DNA from: Candidatus Thorarchaeota archaeon
GTDB taxonomy: Archaea > Asgardarchaeota > Thorarchaeia > Thorarchaeales > Thorarchaeaceae
Length of the DNA stretch: 64,000 nucleotides
Direction of reading: 5' to 3'
Assembly (NCBI GenBank): GCA_011364985.1
Contig: RDOC01000003.1
Span: forward strand, 158,061 to 222,060
Shown here: piece by piece, positions 19,654-29,240 of the stretch
Numbering within the stretch: the stretch's first letter is position 1
How the letters are laid out: the number at the start of each line of letters is the position of its first letter
The notes under the pieces: model-generated
What the model was told of the DNA's origin: nothing
Databases searched by the model: none
Seen by the model: the letters and a program-made list of their open reading frames with translations, nothing else
Position numbers and translations under genes: made by a program

Positions 19654-20838
19654 TCATACCAATGTTAAAGCAGCTGTAAACGTATCCCAATAAGTTGTTA
19701 GGTCAAAATTCTCCCATCGAGCTATTGACCCTCCGGTAGGTGGCCAAGGATCATACACAAGAAGTCCACGGAAGGTATACCAAGTTCCTAGACGAGATCT
19801 TGTATATCCAGCTACTGTTCTTGAGTGCCCAGGAATCCAACTGATTAGTGGCCTATTTGCATTGATTTCCGATACAAACTCATTCCAATTTGCATTGGTA
19901 TTTCTATTTCCAGTTAAGGCCTGACTTGTGAGATCTTGAAGAACAGTTACCACATCGTTTGCACGAGAATATGGAAGACCATTTGGATTGGCACGAGTCC
20001 CAAGTCCCAACTCTTGTGCAAGACGGTCTTGAGTGTAGTTGTATCTATAGAAATCGAGAATCATCTGAACACTGGCTGCGACACACCAAACATTTGTCAA
20101 TTGCCCTCTTAGTTCATAACAAGGATGATGGTCATCATTGTTGGTACTGTAATGCAATTCACGAGAAATGAAGAGTGACACCACAAGTTCTGCCGGAGTT
20201 AGAATTCTTGTGAAATCGGCCAATCTAAGATACTCCGGGTTAAACATCCTATCACCAACTGGATGCTTCTTGTCCCAGAAATCAATTCGTTCTTTGAAAG
20301 ATTTCTTATTCTTTACTCTCTTCGCGCTTGGTATTTCTCTCAAAAGGGACCATCGCTCGAAGTGCCCAGGAGGCACCCCTGGAGTCCTAGGCTTTTCATC
20401 CGGAACCTTCTCCCATGTGAACAGCTCCAACATCAGCACTTCTCTTCCTCTTTGAAGAAATTGGATTGCCAGTTTTGGATAGCTATACGCCACGAATCGA
20501 GTTTGGTTGAATTTCACTCGATGTTTTCGTTCAGCAATCTGTTTTCCTTCCTTCAGCAGTTTTGGGAAACTCCAATCTGGTCCGAGCTGTATTGCCATCA
20601 GTGGATGCCCCAATTCTGGATTGGCCGCAATATCTGCTTGGAATACTTGACGACCCTTCTTTACTGGCACGCGATATAATAGTAGCTCGCCGTTTGTATC
20701 ATAAACAGGAGTTCCAGACGACTGAACCTTACCATTCTCAAAGAGTTGCTTCGGCAAGATGCCCGAGTGAAGGAGTGCATTGAGTTCTAGTCCTGCAATG
20801 CGTTTTATCATATCACGTTTCAACATTAGTCCTATCAA
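19654..20838 (-). CDS. Papain-like C39 family cysteine peptidase
   Basis: GQLTNVWCVAAS (Q/C), GHSRTVAGY (H), VYDPWP (D). Confidence 0.8.
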   Translation of the reverse strand: MIGLMLKRDMIKRIAGLELNALLHSGILPKQLFENGKVQSSGTPVYDTNGELLLYRVPVKKGRQVFQADIAANPELGHPLMAIQLGPDWSFPKLLKEGKQIAERKHRVKFNQTRFVAYSYPKLAIQFLQRGREVLMLELFTWEKVPDEKPRTPGVPPGHFERWSLLREIPSAKRVKNKKSFKERIDFWDKKHPVGDRMFNPEYLRLADFTRILTPAELVVSLFISRELHYSTNNDDHHPCYELRGQLTNVWCVAASVQMILDFYRYNYTQDRLAQELGLGTRANPNGLPYSRANDVVTVLQDLTSQALTGNRNTNANWNEFVSEINANRPLISWIPGHSRTVAGYTRSRLGTWYTFRGLLVYDPWPPTGGSIARWENFDLTTYWDTFTAALTLV

Positions 20839-21007
20839 ACCTCCGATTGTTTACATTTCTGTGTCCGAAAGAAACTCAAATTGGAAACCCCATACCTGAA
20901 TTTCATCTGCCACGATAAGGTAAACAAACACAAATGATACCATAGCATGTATTTATACCCTTTGATACTTATTTCATATTACTGTCATAGTGTTTCGTGA
21001 CTCGAAA

Positions 21008-21235
21008 GATGAGAAGAAGATTGCTGAGAGCCTAGGCTTCCAAATAACGCTTGCACCAACAGCTGTGAAGTACTTCCCAAGAACCGAGAGAGTATCTGTG
21101 AATTGGGTTGCCATAACTACAACAAAGGAAGATGCAGAACGCTGGGCTGACATCTGACCTCCAAATGATAAGCGAAAACGAGATGCTGTAGAGTTCTGGC
21201 TTAGAGAAGGAGCTGAGAAATGGCTTGATTCCTGA
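21008..21235 (+). pseudogene. Relic C-terminus of a paralog of the LAGLIDADG-like protein at 26593-28653
   Basis: Frame 2 reads DEKKIAESLG..P..VKYFPRTERVSVNWVA..DI*PPNDKRKR versus DEIRIVRKLG..P..IRYHERSGRVSVAWTA..APSNDVIKR; internal TGA at 21155-21157. Confidence 0.75.
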
Positions 21236-21241
21236 AAGAAG

Positions 21242-21260
21242 TAGGAAGCGCCACCGGGAG
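21242..21260 (+). repeat. att-like direct repeat, distal copy of tRNA-Asn 3' end
   Basis: TAGGAAGCGCCACCGGGAG, identical to 29238-29256. Confidence 0.85.
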
Positions 21261-21331
21261 AACTTGCTTCGGAACTATTATATGAACAAGAACAGAAATC
21301 GACTTGTTGGCGGGTTAGTTTCACACAAAAG

Positions 21332-22726
21332 ATGGGGCCTAATCATATGTTTGACTATTTTCGTTGGCAAGGAGTTCCCACCTATCCCTTGACTCAATCA
21401 GATAAACCTCGAACTGCAGTCTTCTGGGATGCTGAGAATGTTAGTGAGATCACAGGGGCCGATGTCGTAGAGAATTTCAATACTTGGTTGGAAAATGACT
21501 ATGATATTAATGCGAAATTTGCATTTGCTGACTGGAGTGGCCCCTATAGAGAGGTTGCTAATGCGCTAAACAGAATTGGATTTGACTTCATTCACGTTCC
21601 TGACGATTTGAAGGATAGTACTGATTATCAAATGGCCGCCTACATGATTGATTGGCTTCTACGTTCACCAGAAACCTCCTCCTATGTGATTGTTTCTGGT
21701 GATGCAGGGTTCGCACTAATTATGAGAGCGCTGCAAAAACAGGGAAAGAAGGTAACAGTGGTTAGTAATCCAGTAGTCACCCGACCGGAGTACATGATTT
21801 ATGCTGATAGATACGAGGACATTGACCGATTCAAGCCAAAGGCATTGAGAATAGACCCTCTGAAAGACGAAAAGGGAAAGAAGCTGACACCCGACGAGCT
21901 GAAAGAGGTGGCTGTACTCAGATTGTTGGAAACCATTGCAAGACTAGAAGGAGAGAACAGACCGACATATGACAAATATGTCAAAGTAATGTTATCCAGA
22001 TACAATCCAGATATTTCCTTTGGACGACCTGGCTCTTATAATTGGGAGGAAGCAATTACTGAATCCCTTTTTGATGGATTGATTGTGCATGAAGGGCAAG
22101 GAGTCACCGCACAGCTTAAGCTGACTAAGAAAGGAGCTGAAATGAGCGAAGGCCGTTCGGCCTCCGTTGAGAGCGCCCTCGAAAAGCTGGGAGAGATTGT
22201 CGAAACAATGTATGAGAAGGGGCAGCACACAGGAATGGAATCAGTAGTTCATGAGGTGAGGAAGGCCAAAATTGACTATGTGGATTTTGGCTTTCAGAAA
22301 TTCGGCGACTTTTCAAGAGCTGCAGAAGGTCGCAATATAATCAGAATAGAAACTAAAGAGAGCAGCACTCCTATTATCAAACCAGTTTATTCTGAAGAAA
22401 GGGCTCGGATTTGGTATGAAACAAACCTAGAGAACTACTTCGGAAAAGGAGCAAGAATACCCCAATCAAGATTTGTTCAGAGGACAATACAGTTTCTCTA
22501 TCAGTATGATGCTGGTTTCTCAAAACTTGAGTCATATCTAAGCGATGAGAAAACACAGAAAAGCTATGATGCAATTCTTGAAAACAGCGGAGTTTCTTTC
22601 ATTCCGCCATATGAAAAAGTTCTTCTCACGCTTCTACTGGGATTGGGCATAGATTGCCAAGAAGCACTTGAAATTGTAAACCGAGAATTGGCTCCGCTCG
22701 GTTATGAACTCAAGTGTCCGGAGTAG
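21332..22726 (+). CDS. NYN domain ribonuclease with LOTUS/OST-HTH domain(s)
   Basis: AVFWDAEN, STDYQM, IVSGDAGF..LQKQGKKV; DYVDFGFQKFGDF. Confidence 0.85.
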   Translation: MGPNHMFDYFRWQGVPTYPLTQSDKPRTAVFWDAENVSEITGADVVENFNTWLENDYDINAKFAFADWSGPYREVANALNRIGFDFIHVPDDLKDSTDYQMAAYMIDWLLRSPETSSYVIVSGDAGFALIMRALQKQGKKVTVVSNPVVTRPEYMIYADRYEDIDRFKPKALRIDPLKDEKGKKLTPDELKEVAVLRLLETIARLEGENRPTYDKYVKVMLSRYNPDISFGRPGSYNWEEAITESLFDGLIVHEGQGVTAQLKLTKKGAEMSEGRSASVESALEKLGEIVETMYEKGQHTGMESVVHEVRKAKIDYVDFGFQKFGDFSRAAEGRNIIRIETKESSTPIIKPVYSEERARIWYETNLENYFGKGARIPQSRFVQRTIQFLYQYDAGFSKLESYLSDEKTQKSYDAILENSGVSFIPPYEKVLLTLLLGLGIDCQEALEIVNRELAPLGYELKCPE

Positions 22727-22738
22727 ATAACTGCTTGG

Positions 22739-23557
22739 CTAGTCGGTCCGTGCTCTTGATTCTTCTTGCTTGAGAAATTCATCCAGGATTCGTACGGACT
22801 CACTCCTGTTGCGGAAATAATACACTATCAAGAAAGGAATAATTAATCCTATACTGATTGCCCACACTAGTGGTTGACGTATTACTTGGCTAAGGAACGG
22901 CATATAGACAGGTTGGTTATTCAAAGTTGACAAAACAAGTAGTAGATTCCCAACATAGACCATAAGAGTGACATCAAATCCCTTTGGGACAGCCAAATCA
23001 AGCATTTCATTTAGTGTTATTCTTCGACCATCCTCTTCGTCAGTCAGAGCATATTTCCTTCTACTGCTTTTTTCAAGAGATTCGAACCAACGGTGGTGAA
23101 GATGCTTCGTGTACTTCTGAATATAGTAGACCGTTGGAGTGGATACCAAGAATAGTATAACTAAATCAACCATCCCAGGTTCTTGCACTGCAAAGAATAG
23201 AGAAGAAACCAAGAACCAGAAATATAGAGGTATTAGGGCGACCAAGGTAGCAACTAATGTTAGGCCATAGATGTAAAGCAGCTGGCAAACCATCAATCTG
23301 AATGTGATCGACTTCCACTTTTTTGCCAATTCATACGAGAAAGAAAGTACTCCACCTATGATGAACACAACCAAACCCAGATTGAAGCTTAGTGCCAGAT
23401 TATCAATCTGAAAAATCGCAAATGCTAGACTGGCCAGTTCAATTGCGAGGAAATAGATTCCAAAGTTCTCGTCGAAGTCCTCAACTCTTGAAGGGTCTGT
23501 TTGGGAGTTTATGAAGTCCCTTACTATTGCCACTTGCTTTGCTGTTGGTTTCATCAC
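22739..23557 (-). CDS. Hypothetical multi-pass membrane protein
   Basis: 272 aa with about six hydrophobic segments. Confidence 0.65.
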   Translation of the reverse strand: MMKPTAKQVAIVRDFINSQTDPSRVEDFDENFGIYFLAIELASLAFAIFQIDNLALSFNLGLVVFIIGGVLSFSYELAKKWKSITFRLMVCQLLYIYGLTLVATLVALIPLYFWFLVSSLFFAVQEPGMVDLVILFLVSTPTVYYIQKYTKHLHHRWFESLEKSSRRKYALTDEEDGRRITLNEMLDLAVPKGFDVTLMVYVGNLLLVLSTLNNQPVYMPFLSQVIRQPLVWAISIGLIIPFLIVYYFRNRSESVRILDEFLKQEESRARTD

Positions 23558-23874
23558 ATACCCCTTGCTTATCCTTATTTACTACACAGAGTCATATAAA
23601 CAGGCACTTCAGAGATTATTGAAGCGACTTTGCTATTGAACCAGTAAAGCTAGCATCCTATATTAACCAAAAGCTGCTTCGATGTGTGTGTAAAGAGTGC
23701 TCATAGGCCTTTATGTTATGTAAGGGATAATAAGATACGCTCGTTTTTGGGGGCGGGTGTTTAATTTACTTCTTTTGAAATTTTGATGATTATATACTGT
23801 GATTGGATTGACACCAAAGGAATTTGGATTCATGTAACATAGAATTCTCACAGAGAAGATTGTAGAGGATAGTA

Positions 23875-26592
23875 TTGCAATTGTTTGGGCCATGGAAAGG
23901 AGAAGAATTAGTAGGAGCTCTAGAAGTGCTGGAGATTCCTGAAACATACATGTTGCAATCAGATTCGGGGAGTCAGCACCGTTCGTACGGCAAGTCATTC
24001 ATAAGTATTTTACGAGGAATGATTCTAGCCAAAACGCCTGTAGCTCTACGTCTTGAACGAACTCACGGGAAGACTCGAGTACTGCTCTTGACATGGGCAA
24101 GAAACCAAGAAGATCTGCAAAGGTTTCTGGACTCACTCTCCTCGAACTTAGTAGCTCATCTTCCCAAGTTCAAACTGAAGCGGCATGAGTTATTCCAAGG
24201 ATTTTCATCTCATCCAAACATCCAAGGCATTAATGCCTGTCTAGTGGGCGAGCCAGAAATCACAGAGGAAAAAGATGATTCGCCAAAACCAATGGATGTT
24301 GTTGGAGAGTGCATCCAGAACCTCTCAAATGCAATCCTTCAGGTCTTTGTCACTCCCACTAAAACCAATCGTGGCAAAGTGAGAGGTTTGGAACGCGCCT
24401 ATGAACGGGCGATGGAACAGTCACAGCAGGTAGTTTCCGCTGCCAGCATGTTCTCGCCAGACATTCAACAGTCCACCACACGGGTTAGTGCTAGTGCTTC
24501 ACGTGATGCTGAACGTCTTTCCAGACAGATCAAACGAATGAGTAGCCGTTACTTGGGAAAAGTGTCAGTTGTTGCGACCTGCTGGCACCAAGATAAGAGA
24601 GTTGCAGAAACAGAGGCCCGACGACTGCTGTCCGTTCTCATGAGTAGCGTCACCCCTGCTGACAAGGAAGAAGACCTTCGAGTTGAGATTAAGAAGAAGG
24701 CCAAAGACTTTGAGAAGGCTCTGGCTGGAAGACCCATTGGGAAAGAAACCATTCTTGTCCCTGAGGAGATAGTCAACTACTTCACACTCCCACGTGTAGA
24801 CATGGGAATCAAGGTGTCACGTCGAGAGGACTTCTCTACGGCGGGTATTGACCTAACGAAACTTGAGAACAATGAGAATGTGCCTCAGCCCAGTATCAGC
24901 CCGGCCCCTATGTCAGACTGGAAACCTAGGACAGCAACAAGATGGTCACCCGCAGAGGATGATACCATATGGAGATTCCCCCTTGAGAAGCTCCTTCTTC
25001 TTGGCTATGCAATTCGGAACAATGCACCTCAGAAACAGGAGCCCTATGGTCTTGTTCCACGAATTCTGGGCTCCCACGTCGGCATCTATGGGAACACCGG
25101 CTACGGCAAGACCACCACCGCCGTCACGCTCATTGCTCAGGCCTACAGGAACAATGTCATCCCAATCATTCTCACTCCCGGAAACGTTGACGACTGGCGA
25201 GTCCTTAGGGACCTCTACGATGAGTTTCGTATCTTTACTGCCGGAAATCCCGATGTGGCACCCCTGCGATACAACATGTGGAATGTCCCGGACGGTGTCC
25301 CCATTGGCAAGTACATCGATAGGATGGTGGACGTCCACACCGCTGCTCTCCCAACAGACGGCGTCATCTCCATGCACTTTGACGATGTCTTCAACACTAT
25401 GTACGAGAACTGTGGCTGGTCACGCATGGGGAACGTCCGAGGTCGTCCCATCCTGCTCTCGGACCTGTATGAGGCCGTACATGAGGTTGCGGACACTCAC
25501 CTGAAGTACGGCGATGAGATGCGCAGGGACTTTCATGGTGCACTCGATGCGCGCCTTCGCAGCATTCTCAGAAACGACATTCTGGTGGACATGTTCAACA
25601 CGCCCAGTGGGCTCACGATTCCCGAACTCCTCTCTCACCCGACCATCATTGAGACCCGTGACCTCTCTCCTGAAGACCGGGCGTTGCTTACTGGCGCCCT
25701 TACGGTGGGCATCAGCGAGTACCTCATTGCGAATCCGCGGAAGACGGTCAGTCATCTACTGGTCATTGAGGAGGCCCATCACTTCCTCAAGCGTCCACGA
25801 ATGGCTGGAGGCTACGCTGAGCCCACCTCCCAGCAGAAGGCCACGGAGAACATCACTGAGATGCTACGGACTCAACGCGGGACCGGTCTAGGCCTTATGC
25901 TCATCGACCAACTTCCCAGCAGTCTTCCTCTGGACATTGTCAAGCTCCCCAGCAGTGTCATCATTCACACACTGACCGACGTGGAGGAGCGTACTCTGGT
26001 TGGCAGGCAAGCCCTGTGTAACGACGCGCAGATCGAGCACATTGGCGGCATGGGTATCGGGGAGATCGTGGCACGAGTGCAGACGCAGACCGTTCCGTCT
26101 AACGTGCAGGTGGTGCCGCTGGATTATGTACTCACGCAGCCTCTGCCCAAGCGCCCTTGGACCGATGCGATGATCAGGAGTGCGATGCGGCCGGTCTTCG
26201 AGGGCAATCCTCACCTCGACGAGAGTCATCCGCTCTCTGGGGAGCTTCGGGGCGCCCTGAAGGGCATCTCGGCGCCGGCACGTATGGAACTTCGCCCCGA
26301 GGCACAACTGGTCAGCCTGTCCAGCAGGCAGGAAACCGACATCTCGGAGATCGTCAACACGCCCGCCTTTGTCGATGCTTACTTGGACCGTGTGGGGCTG
26401 GCGTCGCAGGGTGACCCCGCTGCTGTGGCTCGGTTGCTGACGGTGGTGGCCGGGAAGTTCTGCTCGGATGGGGTGCAGGTGGTTCCCTTCGCTGAGCGCC
26501 TTCTTCTGCATGCGGCAGGGATGCTTCAGGAGCCTCGAGAGACCGCCGTTCTTGGGGGGATTCTTCTGGCAATCAGGGGTACTAGTGTGTGA
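23875..26592 (+). CDS. HerA/VirB4/FtsK-like P-loop ATPase
   Basis: Walker A GNTGYGKT, Walker B LLVIEEAH, R..GLGLMLIDQLPS. Confidence 0.85.
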   Translation: MQLFGPWKGEELVGALEVLEIPETYMLQSDSGSQHRSYGKSFISILRGMILAKTPVALRLERTHGKTRVLLLTWARNQEDLQRFLDSLSSNLVAHLPKFKLKRHELFQGFSSHPNIQGINACLVGEPEITEEKDDSPKPMDVVGECIQNLSNAILQVFVTPTKTNRGKVRGLERAYERAMEQSQQVVSAASMFSPDIQQSTTRVSASASRDAERLSRQIKRMSSRYLGKVSVVATCWHQDKRVAETEARRLLSVLMSSVTPADKEEDLRVEIKKKAKDFEKALAGRPIGKETILVPEEIVNYFTLPRVDMGIKVSRREDFSTAGIDLTKLENNENVPQPSISPAPMSDWKPRTATRWSPAEDDTIWRFPLEKLLLLGYAIRNNAPQKQEPYGLVPRILGSHVGIYGNTGYGKTTTAVTLIAQAYRNNVIPIILTPGNVDDWRVLRDLYDEFRIFTAGNPDVAPLRYNMWNVPDGVPIGKYIDRMVDVHTAALPTDGVISMHFDDVFNTMYENCGWSRMGNVRGRPILLSDLYEAVHEVADTHLKYGDEMRRDFHGALDARLRSILRNDILVDMFNTPSGLTIPELLSHPTIIETRDLSPEDRALLTGALTVGISEYLIANPRKTVSHLLVIEEAHHFLKRPRMAGGYAEPTSQQKATENITEMLRTQRGTGLGLMLIDQLPSSLPLDIVKLPSSVIIHTLTDVEERTLVGRQALCNDAQIEHIGGMGIGEIVARVQTQTVPSNVQVVPLDYVLTQPLPKRPWTDAMIRSAMRPVFEGNPHLDESHPLSGELRGALKGISAPARMELRPEAQLVSLSSRQETDISEIVNTPAFVDAYLDRVGLASQGDPAAVARLLTVVAGKFCSDGVQVVPFAERLLLHAAGMLQEPRETAVLGGILLAIRGTSV

Positions 26593-28653
26593 GTGGTTCG
26601 CATGGCGGGACGTATCGAGAGCAGGGGCCGCGGTGAGAGGTCTGAGATACGGGATGCTGGCAGTGATGTGCGGGAGCTTCGGGAGGTACGGGACGCGGAG
26701 GAGGTTCAGGTTGAAACCGGGGAGGATGAGCATGCCGTTGAGCGGATTGAGCGGAGCGATGCGCAGGAACCCGTGGAGCGGAGGGTCGTTGATGCGATTC
26801 AGGAACTGGATGCTGAGGAAGGGCGTGAGAGCGACACGCGGAAACGGATTGCTGGTGCCCTCAGGGAGCTGGAGGAGATAGAGGGCGGGTCCGTCAGGGA
26901 CAGGGTCGAGCGGGCAGTTGCGGAGGTCAAGGAGGAAGTTGAGAAACCGGACATTCCTCCTGAGAAGGACTTTGAGGATGCAAGAGAGGTAGTAGAGAGA
27001 GCCAAGGAGGTTGAAGAGGCAAACGTAGAGGCCAAGGAGGAAGAGAGTAGGGTATCAGAGTCGTCACCCAGAGAGGCGTTTGAGGATTCATCAGAACAAC
27101 GGGCGGAGGGGGAGAAGCGCAAGGGGCTTGAGAGGGTTCCCGATGAACAGGTGCGCGAAACCTTCTCGGAGTTGGAATCGAAGGAGGGTGAACCACGAAG
27201 CTGGGCTTCGGAGGAGATTGCAGAAGGGCTGAAGCGGCTCGCTCCGGAAGACGCAGAGGTTTCTCGGGTCTATTGTGCAGACATTCGAGAGGGATTGGGC
27301 CTGACGCCGGAGGAGGTCGAGTCCTTCACGAATGAGTTTCAGCAGGCGAAGGAGGCACTTGAGGCAGAGGGGGAGGTTCGATGTGGCATGGTGGATGAGA
27401 AGGTCTACATTTGGAGGCCAGACTTGGACCCAACCCAGCTTGAGAATGCTTATGGCAATCTCTACTACTATTTCCGTGATGAAGAAGCATTTGAGAAGTA
27501 TATCTGGGATATTGCGTGTCCTCTGGGAATTGAGGGGGATGATGAGAAGCAGAACATTGAACATCTTCAGAAGCTAGCCTCTCAGATGTTGACTGAGCCT
27601 ACGAGTGAATACTGCGTGAATCCTAGACTCAATCGTATTCGTGGAGATCATGTCCATTTTTTTAATAATTTGTCTGGAAAGACACTGTCTGAGTTGGAAG
27701 GTGAGATTTCAAAGATCACTAAGAAGGGTGGTCGAGGAGGAATTAGGAATCCGAGGTTTCCTGAAGGCGAGGAGTTGGAGATTGCATTGGCTCGCCTTAC
27801 TGCTGTCGCTGTCAGCGATTGCCACCTGAAAGCAAATGGAACCCTTGAGTATGCTGAGGGGGAGATAAGTCGGATACGTATAGTTGAGAGAGATCTTCAG
27901 GTGTTTGGAGATATTAGAATGAATCCAAAGTTAAAAGAGAGAGAGAATTTCTATGAAGTCTTCTTGCCTTCTCCATTCGGAATCGTGTTATTACACCTAG
28001 GAATACCTTCAGGTGACCGGACGGTCCAGAATCCAGGGCTTTATCCGGAACTTAGGGAGTTCTCAGTAAAGGCCCAGTGTGGATTTATTGAGAATCTAAT
28101 CCCTCAAGATGGAACCATTAGCAGAAAGAATGTTCAGTGGACTCACTCAAACGCCCTACATGCAGGCGATAAAACAGAAATCTATGGAATCGAGCCCAAA
28201 GTGGGGCGCAAAGAAATCAATTTGATAATTGAAGAGGGGAAGAGAGAGAAACACAGTTGGGTACTTAATTACGGAAAACTGGAAGAGCTTAGACAATCTG
28301 ATTCAGATAATCTTAGACATATTGCAGACAGTCTATGGAACATTGTTTATGAAAATCCCAACCGACTAGTTGAGGATGAGATAAGAATTGTTAGAAAGTT
28401 GGGTGTAAATTATAATGCAAAACCATACACAATCCGATATCATGAGAGGAGTGGGCGGGTTTCTGTTGCTTGGACAGCAGAACCAGAGAGTGTTCTTGAA
28501 TCAATCAAGCTAGCGATGATTGCCCCTTCTAATGATGTAATTAAAAGACAGATCATGAGGGATTTGATTGCAAATCATCCTAAATACATGAGAAGAGCAC
28601 TTCGGCAATTCGAAAAGAACGGTATAGAGGTTTATCAGTGGTGGACATCATGA
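26593..28653 (+). CDS. Acidic E/R-rich N-terminus fused to a two-motif LAGLIDADG-like endonuclease domain
   Basis: LARLTAVAVSDCHL and FIENLIPQDGTI at the spacing of DOD-type LAGLIDADG motifs; abuts the ATPase stop (alternative start ATG 26602). Confidence 0.65.
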   Translation: MVRMAGRIESRGRGERSEIRDAGSDVRELREVRDAEEVQVETGEDEHAVERIERSDAQEPVERRVVDAIQELDAEEGRESDTRKRIAGALRELEEIEGGSVRDRVERAVAEVKEEVEKPDIPPEKDFEDAREVVERAKEVEEANVEAKEEESRVSESSPREAFEDSSEQRAEGEKRKGLERVPDEQVRETFSELESKEGEPRSWASEEIAEGLKRLAPEDAEVSRVYCADIREGLGLTPEEVESFTNEFQQAKEALEAEGEVRCGMVDEKVYIWRPDLDPTQLENAYGNLYYYFRDEEAFEKYIWDIACPLGIEGDDEKQNIEHLQKLASQMLTEPTSEYCVNPRLNRIRGDHVHFFNNLSGKTLSELEGEISKITKKGGRGGIRNPRFPEGEELEIALARLTAVAVSDCHLKANGTLEYAEGEISRIRIVERDLQVFGDIRMNPKLKERENFYEVFLPSPFGIVLLHLGIPSGDRTVQNPGLYPELREFSVKAQCGFIENLIPQDGTISRKNVQWTHSNALHAGDKTEIYGIEPKVGRKEINLIIEEGKREKHSWVLNYGKLEELRQSDSDNLRHIADSLWNIVYENPNRLVEDEIRIVRKLGVNYNAKPYTIRYHERSGRVSVAWTAEPESVLESIKLAMIAPSNDVIKRQIMRDLIANHPKYMRRALRQFEKNGIEVYQWWTS

Positions 28654-29240
28654 ATATGAATGAGATGATACAAAAAGCTGCTGGGATTGTTACAAACATA
28701 CTTGCAAGGATTGAATCACGGCAATTGCCCCTGAAAGATGTGAAGATTAGAGTGAGTGAGAAACTGGAGGGGGCAGACGATATTAATGCGACTGTGGATA
28801 AAGCAATAGAGTGGGCACTAGATAATTGGATAGTGGATAAGGTCTTGGACTATGATGAGGATGACGAGGAATTTGCTGGAGAGCTAGTATGGTTCCTACG
28901 TGCAACAACAGAAGAAGAAGCCGAGTATCTAGGTCGCTTGTCGAAAGCAGAGCATGCTCTACTAAATATCCTGAGAAATGCTGAAAACGAAAGCAGACTA
29001 GGAGTAATTCGGGCAAATGAAGCTCTTCAGAGATTGCGTAAACTAGGGTTTGATTTAAAGTCTGCACCATCTATTATTGGAAAGACAAGTAGTTTCTTCA
29101 GGCCGGAGAATGGAAAGCTGATTGAGTTCAAATATCTACTTTCTGAAGAAGAGAAATCTGAGGAGTATGTAACAGCTCTGAAAGAACTTGATGAGAAAGA
29201 ACGCAGGAAACAAGAACGTTTGGATAGGATGAATGAATAG
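28638..29240 (+). CDS. Hypothetical acidic protein, translationally coupled to the LAGLIDADG-like gene; stop codon lies inside the att repeat
   Basis: ATGA overlap at 28650-28653; TAG at 29238-29240. Confidence 0.7.
   Translation: MVDIMNMNEMIQKAAGIVTNILARIESRQLPLKDVKIRVSEKLEGADDINATVDKAIEWALDNWIVDKVLDYDEDDEEFAGELVWFLRATTEEEAEYLGRLSKAEHALLNILRNAENESRLGVIRANEALQRLRKLGFDLKSAPSIIGKTSSFFRPENGKLIEFKYLLSEEEKSEEYVTALKELDEKERRKQERLDRMNE

Noticed and set aside
21155-21157. In-frame TGA as selenocysteine
   Set aside because: It lies in a start-less gene relic with no evident SECIS; a nonsense mutation is simpler.
18939-21275. Joining the 18939 5' tRNA fragment with the 21249-21270 3' fragment as a split or inverted tRNA
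   Set aside because: The joined sequence lacks a valid T-arm and I see no long complementary leader/trailer; the shared GTTCC is probably chance.
24863-27564. Long alternative-frame and antisense ORFs within the ATPase and LAGLIDADG-like genes
   Set aside because: Expected by-product of high GC and codon bias; no motifs.
26593-28653. Intein interpretation of the LAGLIDADG-like domain
   Set aside because: No intein splice-junction motifs (N-terminal C/S block, C-terminal HN followed by C/S/T) and no host extein recognised.
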